The translations under genes were made by a program, and so were the position numbers. The notes beneath the pieces were generated by a model that saw only the letters and a program-made list of their open reading frames with translations, made no database searches and was not told the origin of the DNA. DNA of 62,973 nt, counting the filler, from Globobulimina sp. (Eukaryota), in NCBI GenBank assembly GCA_003354225.1. It is 29 parts of 29 records of this genome, joined end to end, with 100 filler letters (N's around TTAATTAATTAA, not from the genome) between each part and the next. Parts side by side here need not be neighbours in the genome. Positions count along the whole stretch, not along the records: positions 36,985 to 39,059 come from PIVH01009209.1; positions 39,160 to 41,233 come from PIVH01009210.1; positions 41,334 to 43,407 come from PIVH01009211.1; positions 43,508 to 45,581 come from PIVH01009212.1; positions 45,682 to 47,755 come from PIVH01009213.1; positions 47,856 to 49,929 come from PIVH01009214.1; 23 more parts are not named here. The stretch is one strand, 5' to 3'. Below are positions 37,480-49,115 of this stretch, in pieces; position 1 is the first letter of the stretch; each line of letters opens with the position of its first letter.

Positions 37480-37715
37480 ATTATTATTAATCGAGGTTAG
37501 GTTATAATTTGAATTATAGTGGGCAAAGGTATGTAATCAAATGATATGTAATTATTGGTATAAATTTGTATTGAGAAGATTGATAACACATAGTAATTAT
37601 CGAAATATCTTAAAATTAAAACAAAAGACTTACTGTACTCTGATTAAGTTTTTATTATTGATGATATATAAATAATATATTCGGAACTATATTTCAAATG
37701 TAGAATTATGAGAAA

Positions 37716-37970
37716 CTAAGCAGCATCCTTATTATCAATTATCGAATATTGGTGTAATAAATCAATAAAATCTGATACTTCATTGTCTATCGTTAAAATA
37801 TCTGCATCATACTTTGAATTCAGGAATTGATTAATCTGTTTTATTGATCTGTCTTGTTCCAGCATCTGTATAATTTCTAATCCAATACTGTTAACAGTAA
37901 ATGACTTTCCGTTTGATGAGCTAAAAACAAAACCACATTCATTGTATGCAATATCTCTTATAATATCCAT
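37716..37970 (-). CDS. PqqD-family (RRE-like) small protein, Bacteroidetes type
   Basis: IAYNECGFVFSSSNGKSFTVNSIGLEIIQML...I...L..KYD......EVSDFIDLL matches the PqqD-like pattern. Confidence 0.75.
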   Translation of the reverse strand: MDIIRDIAYNECGFVFSSSNGKSFTVNSIGLEIIQMLEQDRSIKQINQFLNSKYDADILTIDNEVSDFIDLLHQYSIIDNKDAA

Positions 37971-38191
37971 GAAAAAATAATTTTTTACTAAGGTGTTAAG
38001 ATAATAACTGTGTTAATTCAAATTAATTATTTCATTTCAATAATTTAACAGATTTTAAGTAATATAACCTCAATGAACGAGCAGAAAGGAAGTGCTACAA
38101 GTTTATGATTATCTCCACAATAACTTTTATAAACAGTTGAAATTTTATACTTTTACAGTCTTAAGTGCGGTTTTGTTGTCAAAACAAGATA

Positions 38192-39028
38192 ATGATGAAA
38201 TCAACTCTGGTTATATTTTTACTGATCATTTCTATTTTTGTGAATGCACAGCATGAAAATACTCGTGCCATTGCTGAGCTTACTGTTGATAATGATCTCG
38301 TTTTCCTGATTGACAGATATTACTCCAGTGGTATCACATTAAAACTAACTGCACCATTCGTCAGTAAATCACCAATAAACAAAATTCTACTTCCGGATAA
38401 TGATGATGAAATCAGTTATTATACACTAAGTATTACTCATCATATGTATACGCCCGAGGGCACGCTAACACCTGATGTTGAGTTAATGGATCATCCATAT
38501 GCTACATATTTATTGCTGGGAAATAGTAAAATATCATTTAATCAAAGTAAACGAAGTAAGAAAACATCGAGTCTTGAATTTGGTGTTATGGGAAAAGTTG
38601 CTGGTGGTGAGTTTATTCAAAACCGTTTACATGAAAACATATCATATGCAGAACGTTCTGAAGGATGGCATAATCAGGTGAAAAATGATTTTTGCCTGCA
38701 ATATACAGTCATTATTGAGAAGGGATTTGTGAATCTTAAGTGGCTTGAACTTAACGGTTTTGTCAGAGGTGCTTTAGGTGTACCGCATACTGAAGCCAAT
38801 ATAGGAAGCTATTTTCGGGTAGGCATTTTTAATGACTATTTTCTTGGTCTGCCAAATGATAATTCTTCTGGCTTGCAAGCGTGGCTTTACTGTAGTGGTT
38901 CGGTATATTTGGTTAATTATAATGCTTCATTGCAGGGGGGCACCTTCAATCAGGATAATCCCCATACCATAACTTATATTAATAGTTCGTTGGTGCATGC
39001 AAGGTTTGGGGGTGTATTACACAGATAG
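38192..39028 (+). CDS. Lipid A deacylase LpxR-family (DUF2219) outer-membrane protein
   Basis: DNDL...DRYYSSG, HHMYTP, DHPYATYL, G..G..A.GEFIQ..LH, GWHNQVKND, YNASLQGG. The C-terminus looks prematurely ended. Confidence 0.85.
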   Translation: MMKSTLVIFLLIISIFVNAQHENTRAIAELTVDNDLVFLIDRYYSSGITLKLTAPFVSKSPINKILLPDNDDEISYYTLSITHHMYTPEGTLTPDVELMDHPYATYLLLGNSKISFNQSKRSKKTSSLEFGVMGKVAGGEFIQNRLHENISYAERSEGWHNQVKNDFCLQYTVIIEKGFVNLKWLELNGFVRGALGVPHTEANIGSYFRVGIFNDYFLGLPNDNSSGLQAWLYCSGSVYLVNYNASLQGGTFNQDNPHTITYINSSLVHARFGGVLHR

Positions 39029-39750
39029 CTCAACAGGGCTGGAGAACACGGCATTCATCNNNNNNNNNNNNNNNNNNNNNNNNNNNNNNNNNNNNNNNNN
39101 NNNTTAATTAATTAANNNNNNNNNNNNNNNNNNNNNNNNNNNNNNNNNNNNNNNNNNNNACTGTTTGTCATGTAACTCAATTTTGTTTGTTATGGTCAAA
39201 GGTGATCTGGTGATGTAATTCTATTTTTTTTATTTCAATTGCGACAATGTGTTGGCAATTGGAATGAAAATAGCTCTGTCATCTCATCACAACCAAAACA
39301 AAAAAAATACATTATTATTTGTATTTATGCTTATATTTATTATTTGTAAAAACCTTCTGCCAATACAACAGTATTGACTTACCAAGAATAGAAAAGAACG
39401 TGTTGTGATTTTGCCCAAATGTTGTACAAGCTAATTGGTGCAGATTCTGTATTCCTGTGACCAGGAGAGACCTCTCCTGCCACTCACTTGTCCTGAAACA
39501 TGGTGGAACTTTTATCATACATTGCGAATAATCGTCAAGGGAGTTATAAATTTGCTGATTATAACTGACGTACTCATACGGTACTCAAAGTTACATATTC
39601 TTGTTATTTTATATTCTTGACAAAACGAACACATCCTGTAAAAAAAACAAAAACACGTTAGTCAGTTAAGTACTTCAAAACTTTAAGAAATCATATAATA
39701 ATATTATTGTTATGAAACTGAGTTAATCATAAAATATACAAAAATATTAA

Positions 39751-41233
39751 TTAATTATCCTCATCATCATTCTCTGTATCCTGTGCAATATGATCATCAA
39801 TAGTAGCAAATGTAGTAATTCCTTGTTTATTTTTTTTCACATCGTGCTGTTCAACAGTACCAAAGTCCTGATATTCATCCAACTTCATTTGTAACAAAGC
39901 CTCTCTTTGTTTAAATTTCTTATATCCAAAATATCCCAAAACACAAAACACCAACAACATAATCACCAAAACAACAATAACCACCGTAAATCCACCTGTT
40001 TTTCTTGCTGTGCTTTCCATTTCAATTATAGTCACATTATGGATTTGCACGGATAATGTTGGATATCGCGTTGGTTTAAATGTTGGTTTATATGTAGGTG
40101 CTTTTGTTGGTGCATTGCTTGGCATCGATGTATCCTTTGCATCGCATTCAATTCCAGTCCATCCATCATCGCATAAACAACGCACAAATCCCGCATTCGG
40201 ATCAGCAGCACACATTCCATGCTCTGAACACACAGAATATTCATAACTGCCATTTACAAATTTGCTGGTTCTACACTGATATGGACAGGCAATGGTGGTC
40301 TCTATTTCCATTGAATATTCACAAAACGCCAATGTATCTTCCTCCACATATGCTTCTTCATTGATATTGGGCACTCGGAATTCTTCCGCATCGTCTGGAC
40401 AGATCAGCGAGATCCTAAAACCTCGATTGATCCCTTCAAGTATCAACAAGCAAGCATTGAGTAGTCACAGTCAGTCAGTCAGTCACATTAAATAAAAAAC
40501 CTTAAGTAAACATGCCTCGCGACCCACACCATGTCCCATCTTTATAGTCGATAGTAATGCCACGCGCGGGATCGTCAATCTCATCATACAATTCCCACTC
40601 ATAACTAGTCCCTAAAAAACAACACCAGTCATTACTTGGCGTGTACTGAAACGCATACGATCGGCCAACATAATCGTCTCTGCCATTCATATCCACAAAA
40701 CTCGCACACGTGCCATTGTCTGCAATATCTGTACATGGCAATCGAGTGCTTAAATTACTGCACGACTCGGGCAATCCAGCAATAGTCAGGTCAACGGATT
40801 GAAATATACCCACAAAATACCTATACGACAGCGTCAAATTCACCCTATCTTCGTCTGGGTCTAAGTCAGTGATATTATATGCCATTCCATTCAAGGCCAT
40901 TGGACTCAAATCATAGGTGATGTTAATAACATTGCCATTCTCTTCTTGTTTGGAAAATGTATGGATTATACGAGTTGGACTTGGAGCTGGCATCGGTTTG
41001 CTCGGTGCGGTGACATTTTCGTTGGGGACCGGAATGGAACAGTCCTCTCCTTCGAACTTGTCATAGCAGAAACAGCGCGGTCCGCTATTCGTAAAATCGA
41101 AGCCGCATAAACCTTCTCCATTGCATAGCTTCCTGTTATATGACTCGCATTGAACCGGACAGCCATAAATAGATTTTATCTCCAAAGTATAATCGCATGC
41201 TTCTGTCTCATATAAGGGTTCCTCATCGGGCAC
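39751..41233 (-). CDS. Type-I membrane protein with tandem MRH (mannose-6-phosphate-receptor-like) + EGF modules (intron 40434-40515)
   Basis: Two C.Y..EI.S..GCP.QC...C.G.G.C..D....RC.C...G.EC units, RGITIDYKDG.WC...R.F.I.LIC, PT-rich stalk, TM helix and short tail. Confidence 0.75.
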
Positions 41234-41333
41234 NNNNNNNNNNNNNNNNNNNNNNNNNNNNNNNNNNNNNNNNNNNNTTAATTAATTAANNNNNNNNNNN
41301 NNNNNNNNNNNNNNNNNNNNNNNNNNNNNNNNN

Positions 41334-42129
41334 AGGTACTTATGCCATAATAATAAGTCTCTTCGCTGTCAATGATTTCCTTCTCGATTTGTTGTCTTTT
41401 CTTGCAGTTTTTTTTTGCGATATCCTCGTTTTGTGGCGTCATTATTTTGATGCCGATCACATTTGCCTCATTTTCTACATATGCGTATTGTTTATTTTCT
41501 GTCGGCGTCTGTGCAAATTGTGAATGTGAGTGCGGCGATGAAATGGTAATGGTTCGTATGCGAAAACTATCAAACTTAGAGTCTGGGTACACATTTCCAT
41601 CATTCTTTTTGTCGGAGTCTGTACCATCTGAACTGTCATCAGAGTCCGCGTCGGCGATGGCACTCTCAAAGGTGGAATATAACGGAGCTAAGCCGCGATA
41701 TTTGGACAGATTACAAGAGATAATGGCTTCTTGTAATTTGAATATCCATTCATCGCAGTCTTGTTTTGTTAGCGTTTTAAAGGTGACTTGATTGGAACCG
41801 TTTGTTACTGACAGATTAATTAAAAAGAATTTAAATGGAGATTTGGAATCCTTTTCAACTTTAAATCTGTATAGTGACAGATTAAAGGTTTGCGTTTTAT
41901 GAGCTGGGGACTTGTTGGTGTTGGTATAGTCTCCGATATTTTGTGATGCGTAACAAGAGAGTTTGGTGCCTTGTAATACTATCCATCGCTTTTTGTATTG
42001 CGTTGCGATACAACTTTTTTTAAATGACCAGCCTTCTTTCAACACTGCATCGTCGAATAAGTCACGTTTGGACGCTGAAATGGTTTTGAATAATGATAAA
42101 ATAGAGGAGGATTTGGGAGGGGATGACAT
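41334..42129 (-). CDS. PH-domain protein followed by the start of a DH/RhoGEF domain
   Basis: VLKEGWSFKK...YKKRWIVL...LSCY...CDEWIFKL, and RQQIEKEIIDSEETY. Confidence 0.75.
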
Positions 42130-42196
42130 AGGAGCACAGACTAAGATATATCCGAGTTATTATTTTCGATTTTTGTAGTCCTGCTAACAAACGAAA

Positions 42197-43238
42197 ATGA
42201 GCTCCAGCGTTCCCACCAACGTACAAATTCCACCACCTTCAACAGGTTCGTGTTAGTTGAACAAACATATAAATAACAGATAACGCAATTTTAGATCCAA
42301 ATCGCACACAACATTCCGCATCATCGGACTCCAATATTATCGCTACTAATAATGATCAGCAATGCAATATCAATGAAGATAAAATGACAATATTAACCAT
42401 GCAACAAAGTAATAAATTAAAGCAAGATGGATATTGTATGCTTGGTGATCCATTGCGAGAGATCCAAATAAGATATGTAGTACAAGGATATATTCGTCGC
42501 AATTACAATTATCACGATTTTTTTAACGAATTAATTCGAGAAATTATATATTATTACGACTCAAGATTTAATACAGAAAAATATATAGAATTGGTTTGTA
42601 ACCGGGCAAATCCGCGATATTTCTTAGTACCGAGACGGAATATTACATTATGTGCGTTATTAAGTAATATGGATGCAAGTATTAATAAGGTTGAAATGGA
42701 TGAAACAAAGCTTTCTGACCCGGAGATATTGCAGGCTGTATTGCGATATTTAGGGCATCATAAAGGCATTGAACCAGATGCCTTACCCTGTCCTTTACGG
42801 TCCATTCATATGACAGAGATTTGTGCGGATGAATGGGATGCGATATTTATGGATGCATTTGAAAAGAAAGAAGTGTTTGAAATTATTTTAGTGGCGCAAT
42901 ATTTAGGAATTCAATCGCTGTTACATTTAGGTATTTTTTTTTGTTGTCTTTTGATTAATTTGTTTTATATTAATTATGTTGGGATAGGTTGTGCAAAAAT
43001 TGCGACTTTAATTAAACAATCGGATCAAAAGGAAATTAATAGAATTATTGAGGAAGATGAAAAATACCAAAGAGAGCATCCACAGAATAATGATAATAAT
43101 GATGCTGTGGTTGGAAATGATGTAGATGGGAATATGGAGAATGATGAAGTTGTGATAGAACGAAAATGTACAGACTTGATTGATAAAAATAGTGATGAAT
43201 ATGAACAAAGTGGGTGTATGGATGGAGAGAATGAATAG
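42197..43238 (+). CDS. SKP1-like protein with N-terminal extension (introns 42246-42279 and ~42931-42987)
   Basis: ILQAVLRYLGHH, PCPLRS, EWDAIFMD, FEIILVAQYLGIQSLLHL|GCAKIATLIK. An upstream exon from ATG 42197 splices in frame. Confidence 0.85.
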
Positions 43239-43507
43239 AATGTAAGTAATATAATGTTTAAAAGCAACCAATTCATTGATATAATATAGGCAGTGAATAT
43301 TTTTCATTATAATGCTAATATTCTTAGTCATCGAAACTCAGCACAAAAACATTGCCAAATCTTCTCACAGTGTTAAACCATGAATAGTACTCAGCGAACG
43401 TATAACANNNNNNNNNNNNNNNNNNNNNNNNNNNNNNNNNNNNNNNNNNNNTTAATTAATTAANNNNNNNNNNNNNNNNNNNNNNNNNNNNNNNNNNNNN
43501 NNNNNNN

Positions 43508-43535
43508 GGGGGGGGGTTATCTTTTGGAATATATC
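43508..43535. mobile_element. Terminal inverted repeat of MITE family B at the contig edge
   Basis: G9-TTATCTTTTGGAATATATC is the reverse complement of 47541-47568. Confidence 0.8.
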
Positions 43536-43900
43536 CTGTAGTCAATCACAAAAGAAGTGTTTAGAAGTGTTAACCTAAAAATTCTATTTTCTTTCCAATA
43601 ATAATAATAATGAGATGAGCGACCGGGAGGAGTTAGAACATCGAAATCAAGCCATCCGATACTTACTCAAAGGATGCGGCGACCCACAATTATTTTGATC
43701 AGTTTGTATTGTAAACAAAAATCTGAGAAAGAGTTATTGAGCAGCATTCGGCGGCCAATAAGAAATATTGCATAATCTCACAAAGGAGACGAAGCTGGAC
43801 AATAATTTTCAAGATTTCAAAATTTTCTCGAAGTGGGCTAATTATATAAATATTTCATGAATAATTATTAGACAATAAGCAGTGTGCAGTACGTGGTTGT

Positions 43901-45409
43901 TTAAGTTGGTAGATGCTGTTTTTTCTGATTATATCGCAAATATTGTTTATGATATAAACTTTCTTTGTCATTCATGCAATATTGAGCTTGTATCTGTTTC
44001 TCATAATGATGCAATTTTTGTTGTTGTAAATCATGGCCATATGCAGATTTAACACGTTTTTGATTTAGTAATAATTGTAAATCTTTACTTTGTTGCTTTT
44101 TAATGTGGTTTTCAATTTCAATTCTTTCTCGTTTCATTCTTTCGATTTCATTGCGTTTATTTCTTTGTTTTTCTTCAATTTGTTTATCTAAAAAAGATAT
44201 ATATGATCGTTTTTTATTTTCTCTCTCATTTTTTTCATCAATTTGTTTGTGTGATAATTGATGAGCTTTTAATTGTTGATATCGACAGAATCGTTCTGAC
44301 TCTTCTCTCATTTTTCTATCTTTTTCTTTTAAAATGTTGAAATTAGCATCATCTCTTTCATTCATTTCCTTTTGTATATTTTTTAAAAAACCTTTTCTTT
44401 TTAATTCTTGATTTTGTAGCATCAAACTGTATGCTTTCATTGCTTTTCTATCCGATTCTTTTTCTTTTTCTCTTTCAATCTGACGAATTTTATGATGCAT
44501 TTCAACATTTTTTTTCATTTCATTCCAACACTTTTTTTCATTTAATATTTTTTGCATTGCGTGATTTCTTTCTTGTTTCTCTTTTTTATTATTTTCTTCA
44601 ATTATAAGTCTTTGATTTTTTAGATTGTGTTGTTTTTGCTGAGCGAGTATCTTTCTTTGTATACAAGCAATTTTATCTAATTCTTGTTTGAATTGTTGTT
44701 GTGATTTATATTTTTCTTTTCGCGCCATTTCGCGAGCCATTTCATCCATTTTTATCCGTTTTTTCATTGCTTCATAATCCATTCTTTTTTTTTCTAATTG
44801 CTTTTTTTTTTCAACTTGACGAACATTCATTTGTTTCAATAAATCCTTTCTTAACTCCTCCTTTTTGCGTTGATGAATAATTTTATTTTTATCATAAAAT
44901 GCATTATCTATTTGATGATGAGCACGTGTAATATCTGCCCATTTATCATATTTTTTTCTAAGTCGATATCCTTGGGCTGCTCGAGATGTTCTTTGCGACC
45001 ACGGACTTAGAAAATGATCCGCTACTTTTACTGAATCGACTGAATCCTCATTTAATTCGAATTCATTTAATTGTAGTGGTTTTTGGGGTTCTTGCAATTC
45101 AAATTGTGTTATATTTGACCTTTTTGCAATTGATTTCGACGCAATTGATTCAATCGGTGGTGTTGTAAACAAATCTAAGCCATTATGATAGTGATGAGAA
45201 CGTGTTTGCTGTTTTGATAAATTATATTGGTGTTGGCTTTGTAATGGTTTCTGTAAATATGTTTTTGTGTTTACCCTTTGCGAAGATGGCAACAAGGGAT
45301 TAATTGCACGTGTCGCTGTTATTGGGCTTCTGTAAATTGATATCGATGACGCAACATTACTTGTCCATGAATCCGTGTTTACATAATCCTGCTGTATTAA
45401 ACTTCGCAT
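43901..45409 (-). CDS. Long charged coiled-coil (trichohyalin/TPH-like) protein
   Basis: Single 502-aa ORF with K/E/Q/R-rich heptads. Confidence 0.7.
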   Translation of the reverse strand: MRSLIQQDYVNTDSWTSNVASSISIYRSPITATRAINPLLPSSQRVNTKTYLQKPLQSQHQYNLSKQQTRSHHYHNGLDLFTTPPIESIASKSIAKRSNITQFELQEPQKPLQLNEFELNEDSVDSVKVADHFLSPWSQRTSRAAQGYRLRKKYDKWADITRAHHQIDNAFYDKNKIIHQRKKEELRKDLLKQMNVRQVEKKKQLEKKRMDYEAMKKRIKMDEMAREMARKEKYKSQQQFKQELDKIACIQRKILAQQKQHNLKNQRLIIEENNKKEKQERNHAMQKILNEKKCWNEMKKNVEMHHKIRQIEREKEKESDRKAMKAYSLMLQNQELKRKGFLKNIQKEMNERDDANFNILKEKDRKMREESERFCRYQQLKAHQLSHKQIDEKNERENKKRSYISFLDKQIEEKQRNKRNEIERMKRERIEIENHIKKQQSKDLQLLLNQKRVKSAYGHDLQQQKLHHYEKQIQAQYCMNDKESLYHKQYLRYNQKKQHLPT

Positions 45410-45681
45410 TTCCTGTTTGCAGAGACTATGAACAGTTTATGAATCTGATTACAACTCATAATGTAGCAACACATAGTCTCATAATCTTGTTGAATGGTTA
45501 AAAAATAATATTGATTACAACACAATGCTCAAATTGACTTTGGCCAACTAAGTGATTTTCGAGAACGTTACATTTCATGTCNNNNNNNNNNNNNNNNNNN
45601 NNNNNNNNNNNNNNNNNNNNNNNNNTTAATTAATTAANNNNNNNNNNNNNNNNNNNNNNNNNNNNNNNNNNNNNNNNNNNN

Positions 45682-47228
45682 CAATCTTTCACAACATCTT
45701 CAGCGTATATTCTATCAATACCACTAAGTATTTATGGTAGTTTCATAATTCATAAGTTATGTACATTCTAATTCATTTTTTTTGTTTACCATACTTGTCT
45801 TGTGTGGTTTTGCAGAGTCGGCACATCAAAATCGTTGATATTATGGTCTGCCGTTGCCACATTCGGATGGATTATATTCGCCTCAGGCATATCAATGCAA
45901 AATCTAATTATTGTCAATATTGGTCGTTTTTTGCAAGGTGGAGCATTTGGCGCAATGCGAGTGTCATTTAACGCATTTTGTGTTAAGTGGTTTGGCAAGA
46001 AACACATTGCTATGTCAATGGGCATATTGCGGTGTGCACATAACTTAGCGCATATTGCTGGATGTTAAGTATTTATTTATTTGATATTATTTCATTTGCT
46101 GAGTGATAAAACTATAAAATTCCAGCAATCCTAGTCATTGATTTATGGCTCATCAAATGGCGTTGGAAACCAGCAGATATTTTTTGGAAAGAGACCATCG
46201 GATTATTTGTATGCACTTTATTGGCGACACTTATTTGGATTGGAGCAAGACAACATTTTAAGGAACAAGAACGAAAATTAAGTCAGACTCAGAAACATGA
46301 AACAACAGCAAAACAACTGGCAACAGATAGTGTGAATGTGGACGAGCCTGAAGGTGAGGTCAGCAGTCCTCAGAGTGATTGCAAAGATACAAAAATTATT
46401 AAAAAGAAAAAATTATTGGTATTCAAAACCGAGGGACAGGTCGCTGTGACCAAAGAGAAGAAATCAGAATTATCGATATCAGACAGCCAAAATATGGAAA
46501 AAACATCTGATTACTTAGCTCATTTAAACCTACTGCGGAGACATTCTTATAAATTATTCAAAAATCACATATTTGTGCTGATGATAGTAGTCGGTTTCTG
46601 TTATGATGGTACAATTGTTTGTTTTACAGGGATATTGAAAAGATTATTACAAGAAAAGTTCAACAGACAGCGATTTCTTGGAAGAGATATGGGCGTAACA
46701 AAATACTTAGGATTGTTTGCACCGATCGCAGGGTATATAATTGATAAAGTGCGAAATAGAGAATATTTTATGTTGGCAGCTGGGCTTTGTTTAGTTGCTT
46801 CCACATTGTCTCTATATTATATGGGTAAGAATGATATAATTGAAATGTATATTAGTTTGCTGGGTATCTCATTTGGTCAGGTTTTATATGGCAATTCGTT
46901 TTGGCCGGCTATCTCGTCCGTTGCTGGTAAAGAATATCAGATTGTGGCATATGGATTTATGGGGGCTACCACCAGTATTGGTGCTGTCGTATTGCCATTG
47001 TTTAATGCTGCGATTGTTGATTATTATAAGGAGATTAACAAATCATGTTTAGTGTTCGGAATTATTTCTCTCGTCGGATGTATATCGTGTGTGGTTATAG
47101 TGGTTGCTAATAATTTGTCACTGACGGATTATATGAATAGAAAGTTATCACATACAGTGAATGAAGAGAAGAAACAACTAAATGACATTGCTATTCATAT
47201 GCAATCAAACAAAGTAACTAGCAAATGA
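45682..47228 (+). CDS. MFS transporter (MFSD1-like, multi-exon, 5'-truncated)
   Basis: IGRFLQG, VKWFGKKHIAMSMG, PIAGYIIDKVRNR, FWPAIS..AG......AYG, with multiple TM helices. Confidence 0.8.
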
Positions 47229-47277
47229 TAAATGTCTTCTTTATTCGTAATATCTGATAACGCATTCGAATTCAATA

Positions 47278-47509
47278 AGTCTTTGTCGTTTATGAGTGAG
47301 AGTCAGAGCCGAGCTGAGCAGAGTAGATTCTAGTGATCGAGTGCCATGGGTTTGGTTAGCTGATAATAATAGTAAAAAAACCCATGTCAACTCGGCGCGA
47401 CTCGATCACTAAAACCATGTCAACTCGATCACTACACTCTGACTCTGCTCGGCTCGACTCCGACTCTGCTCGGCTAGACTCCGACTCTCACTCATAAACG
47501 ACAAAGACT
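47278..47509. mobile_element. MITE family A: 232-bp element, perfect 27-bp TIRs, TA target duplication
   Basis: TA|AGTCTTTGTCGTTTATGAGTGAGAGTC ... GACTCTCACTCATAAACGACAAAGACT|TA, with internal sub-repeats. Confidence 0.85.
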
Positions 47510-47540
47510 TAATGAAACTAGTAAAGTCACCACACTTAAC

Positions 47541-47755
47541 GATATATTCCAAAAGATAACCCCCCCCCTGGTAGATAAGTTGTATACATTTAATTCAATT
47601 ATCTGAGAAACGCTTTGCAAATCCAAAAACGGTTTGATATAGATTTGTCTTGGGTTTGGTCTGTGTTTGTTATAACTTTGTCTTGGGTTTGCAAATCCAG
47701 AACAAAGTCAGAACAAATTTATAATTGAATTTTCGGTATACAAAGGGGGGGGGTT
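47541..47755. mobile_element. MITE family B (right TIR cut by contig end)
   Basis: Starts GATATATTCCAAAAGATAACCCCCCCCC and ends GGGGGGGGGTT. Internal inverted segments TGTATAC..AATTCAATTAT / ATAATTGAATT..GTATACA. Confidence 0.75.
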
Positions 47756-47855
47756 NNNNNNNNNNNNNNNNNNNNNNNNNNNNNNNNNNNNNNNNNNNNT
47801 TAATTAATTAANNNNNNNNNNNNNNNNNNNNNNNNNNNNNNNNNNNNNNNNNNNN

Positions 47856-48956
47856 ATATTAGAATCCTCTCGGAAACATCAAGCTCGATTAAACAGAAAC
47901 GATTTACAGTTTCGAGGGTCAATGGATACGTTAAAACTGGATTGCTCTCAACATGGCGTGAGATCCGGTGTTATGGAGCAATTTACCATTTTAGCAATCC
48001 GGAATTTCAGGCAAATCAGTCGCGATGTATTCACTTTGGCCACTAAGCTCTTAATGTCCTGCGTTTTTGCCTTATTTCTAAGTGTATTATGGTCTGAAAT
48101 GGGAAATGAACAGAAAGACATACAAAATAGGTCGGGCATATTATTTTTTATTGCCATAAATCAATCATTCGGAGGTATAGCGACATCATTGAATGTGTTT
48201 CTTATCGAAAAGACCATCGTACAAAGAGAAAGGCGCGCACATTGTTATTATTTATGGATATATTATGTCACCAAATTATTCACGCAAATCCCTGTCGATA
48301 TCGTGACGCCTGTTGTTTATGCATCCATTGTATATTGGGCTGTCGGGCTGGATCCCGATCCTTATTCCTTTCTAATGTTTGTATTTCTAACTGTATTGGT
48401 GTCATTATCTGCGATTGGCATTGGTTTTGTCATTGCATCGTGTGCTCCCAATCAGGATGCAGCGAATGCCATGGTTCCATTGACATTGATATTGATGTTA
48501 TTGTTTGGTGGTTTTTATATTAATTCGGACTCAATGCCGGAATGGATTGGTTGGTTGGAAAATGCTTCTACGATAAAATGGTGCTTTGAGGCGTATTGCA
48601 TCAATGAATATACTAACTTGAAATTTAGCTGTGATGACATTGAGGATGGCACCAATTGCTATGAAACTGGCGAGGAAGTGTTGGATTTATTGTCTTTTGA
48701 CAGATATGGCGTATGGATACCTACGATGATCTTAGCGTGTTTATTGGGAGGAGCACATCTGTTGGCATTTACATGTTTGAAATTTATTACGGTTAAATAT
48801 ATTAAATGTGAGACACCATCGGTGTCATATTATAAATTTGATGATGTGGATCGGCAGCCAAGCGATGAGCTACTTGTTGGGATAAAACAAGCCAATCCAA
48901 CATCAAATGCAAATGCAAAGGCAAATAGTAAAACACCTCTACTTAAAACGACATGA
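47856..48956 (+). CDS. ABCG (White-like) half transporter, membrane domain (5'-truncated)
   Basis: QFTILAIRNFRQISRD, IQNRSGILFF, EKTIVQRER, LLFGGFYIN, WIGWL...S.IKWCFEA..INE. Confidence 0.93.
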   Translation: MLESSRKHQARLNRNDLQFRGSMDTLKLDCSQHGVRSGVMEQFTILAIRNFRQISRDVFTLATKLLMSCVFALFLSVLWSEMGNEQKDIQNRSGILFFIAINQSFGGIATSLNVFLIEKTIVQRERRAHCYYLWIYYVTKLFTQIPVDIVTPVVYASIVYWAVGLDPDPYSFLMFVFLTVLVSLSAIGIGFVIASCAPNQDAANAMVPLTLILMLLFGGFYINSDSMPEWIGWLENASTIKWCFEAYCINEYTNLKFSCDDIEDGTNCYETGEEVLDLLSFDRYGVWIPTMILACLLGGAHLLAFTCLKFITVKYIKCETPSVSYYKFDDVDRQPSDELLVGIKQANPTSNANAKANSKTPLLKTT

Positions 48957-49115
48957 AGTATTATTTTATTGATTTATTGTTATCAGAATTGTAAAATAAA
49001 TAATTAATTAAATTTTAGTATAATATTTTGCAATTATTTCGTATAACAAAAATCCAATTAAAGGTTTTCTACATTTAGTATAGAAAAGTTTTTTTTTAGA
49101 CTACACCATTGTGTC

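Noticed and set aside
43615..43860. ORF-like stretch MSDREELEHRNQAIRYLLKGCGDPQLF* with further in-frame stops
   Set aside because: It may be a decayed gene, but there is no recognisable motif to support a call.
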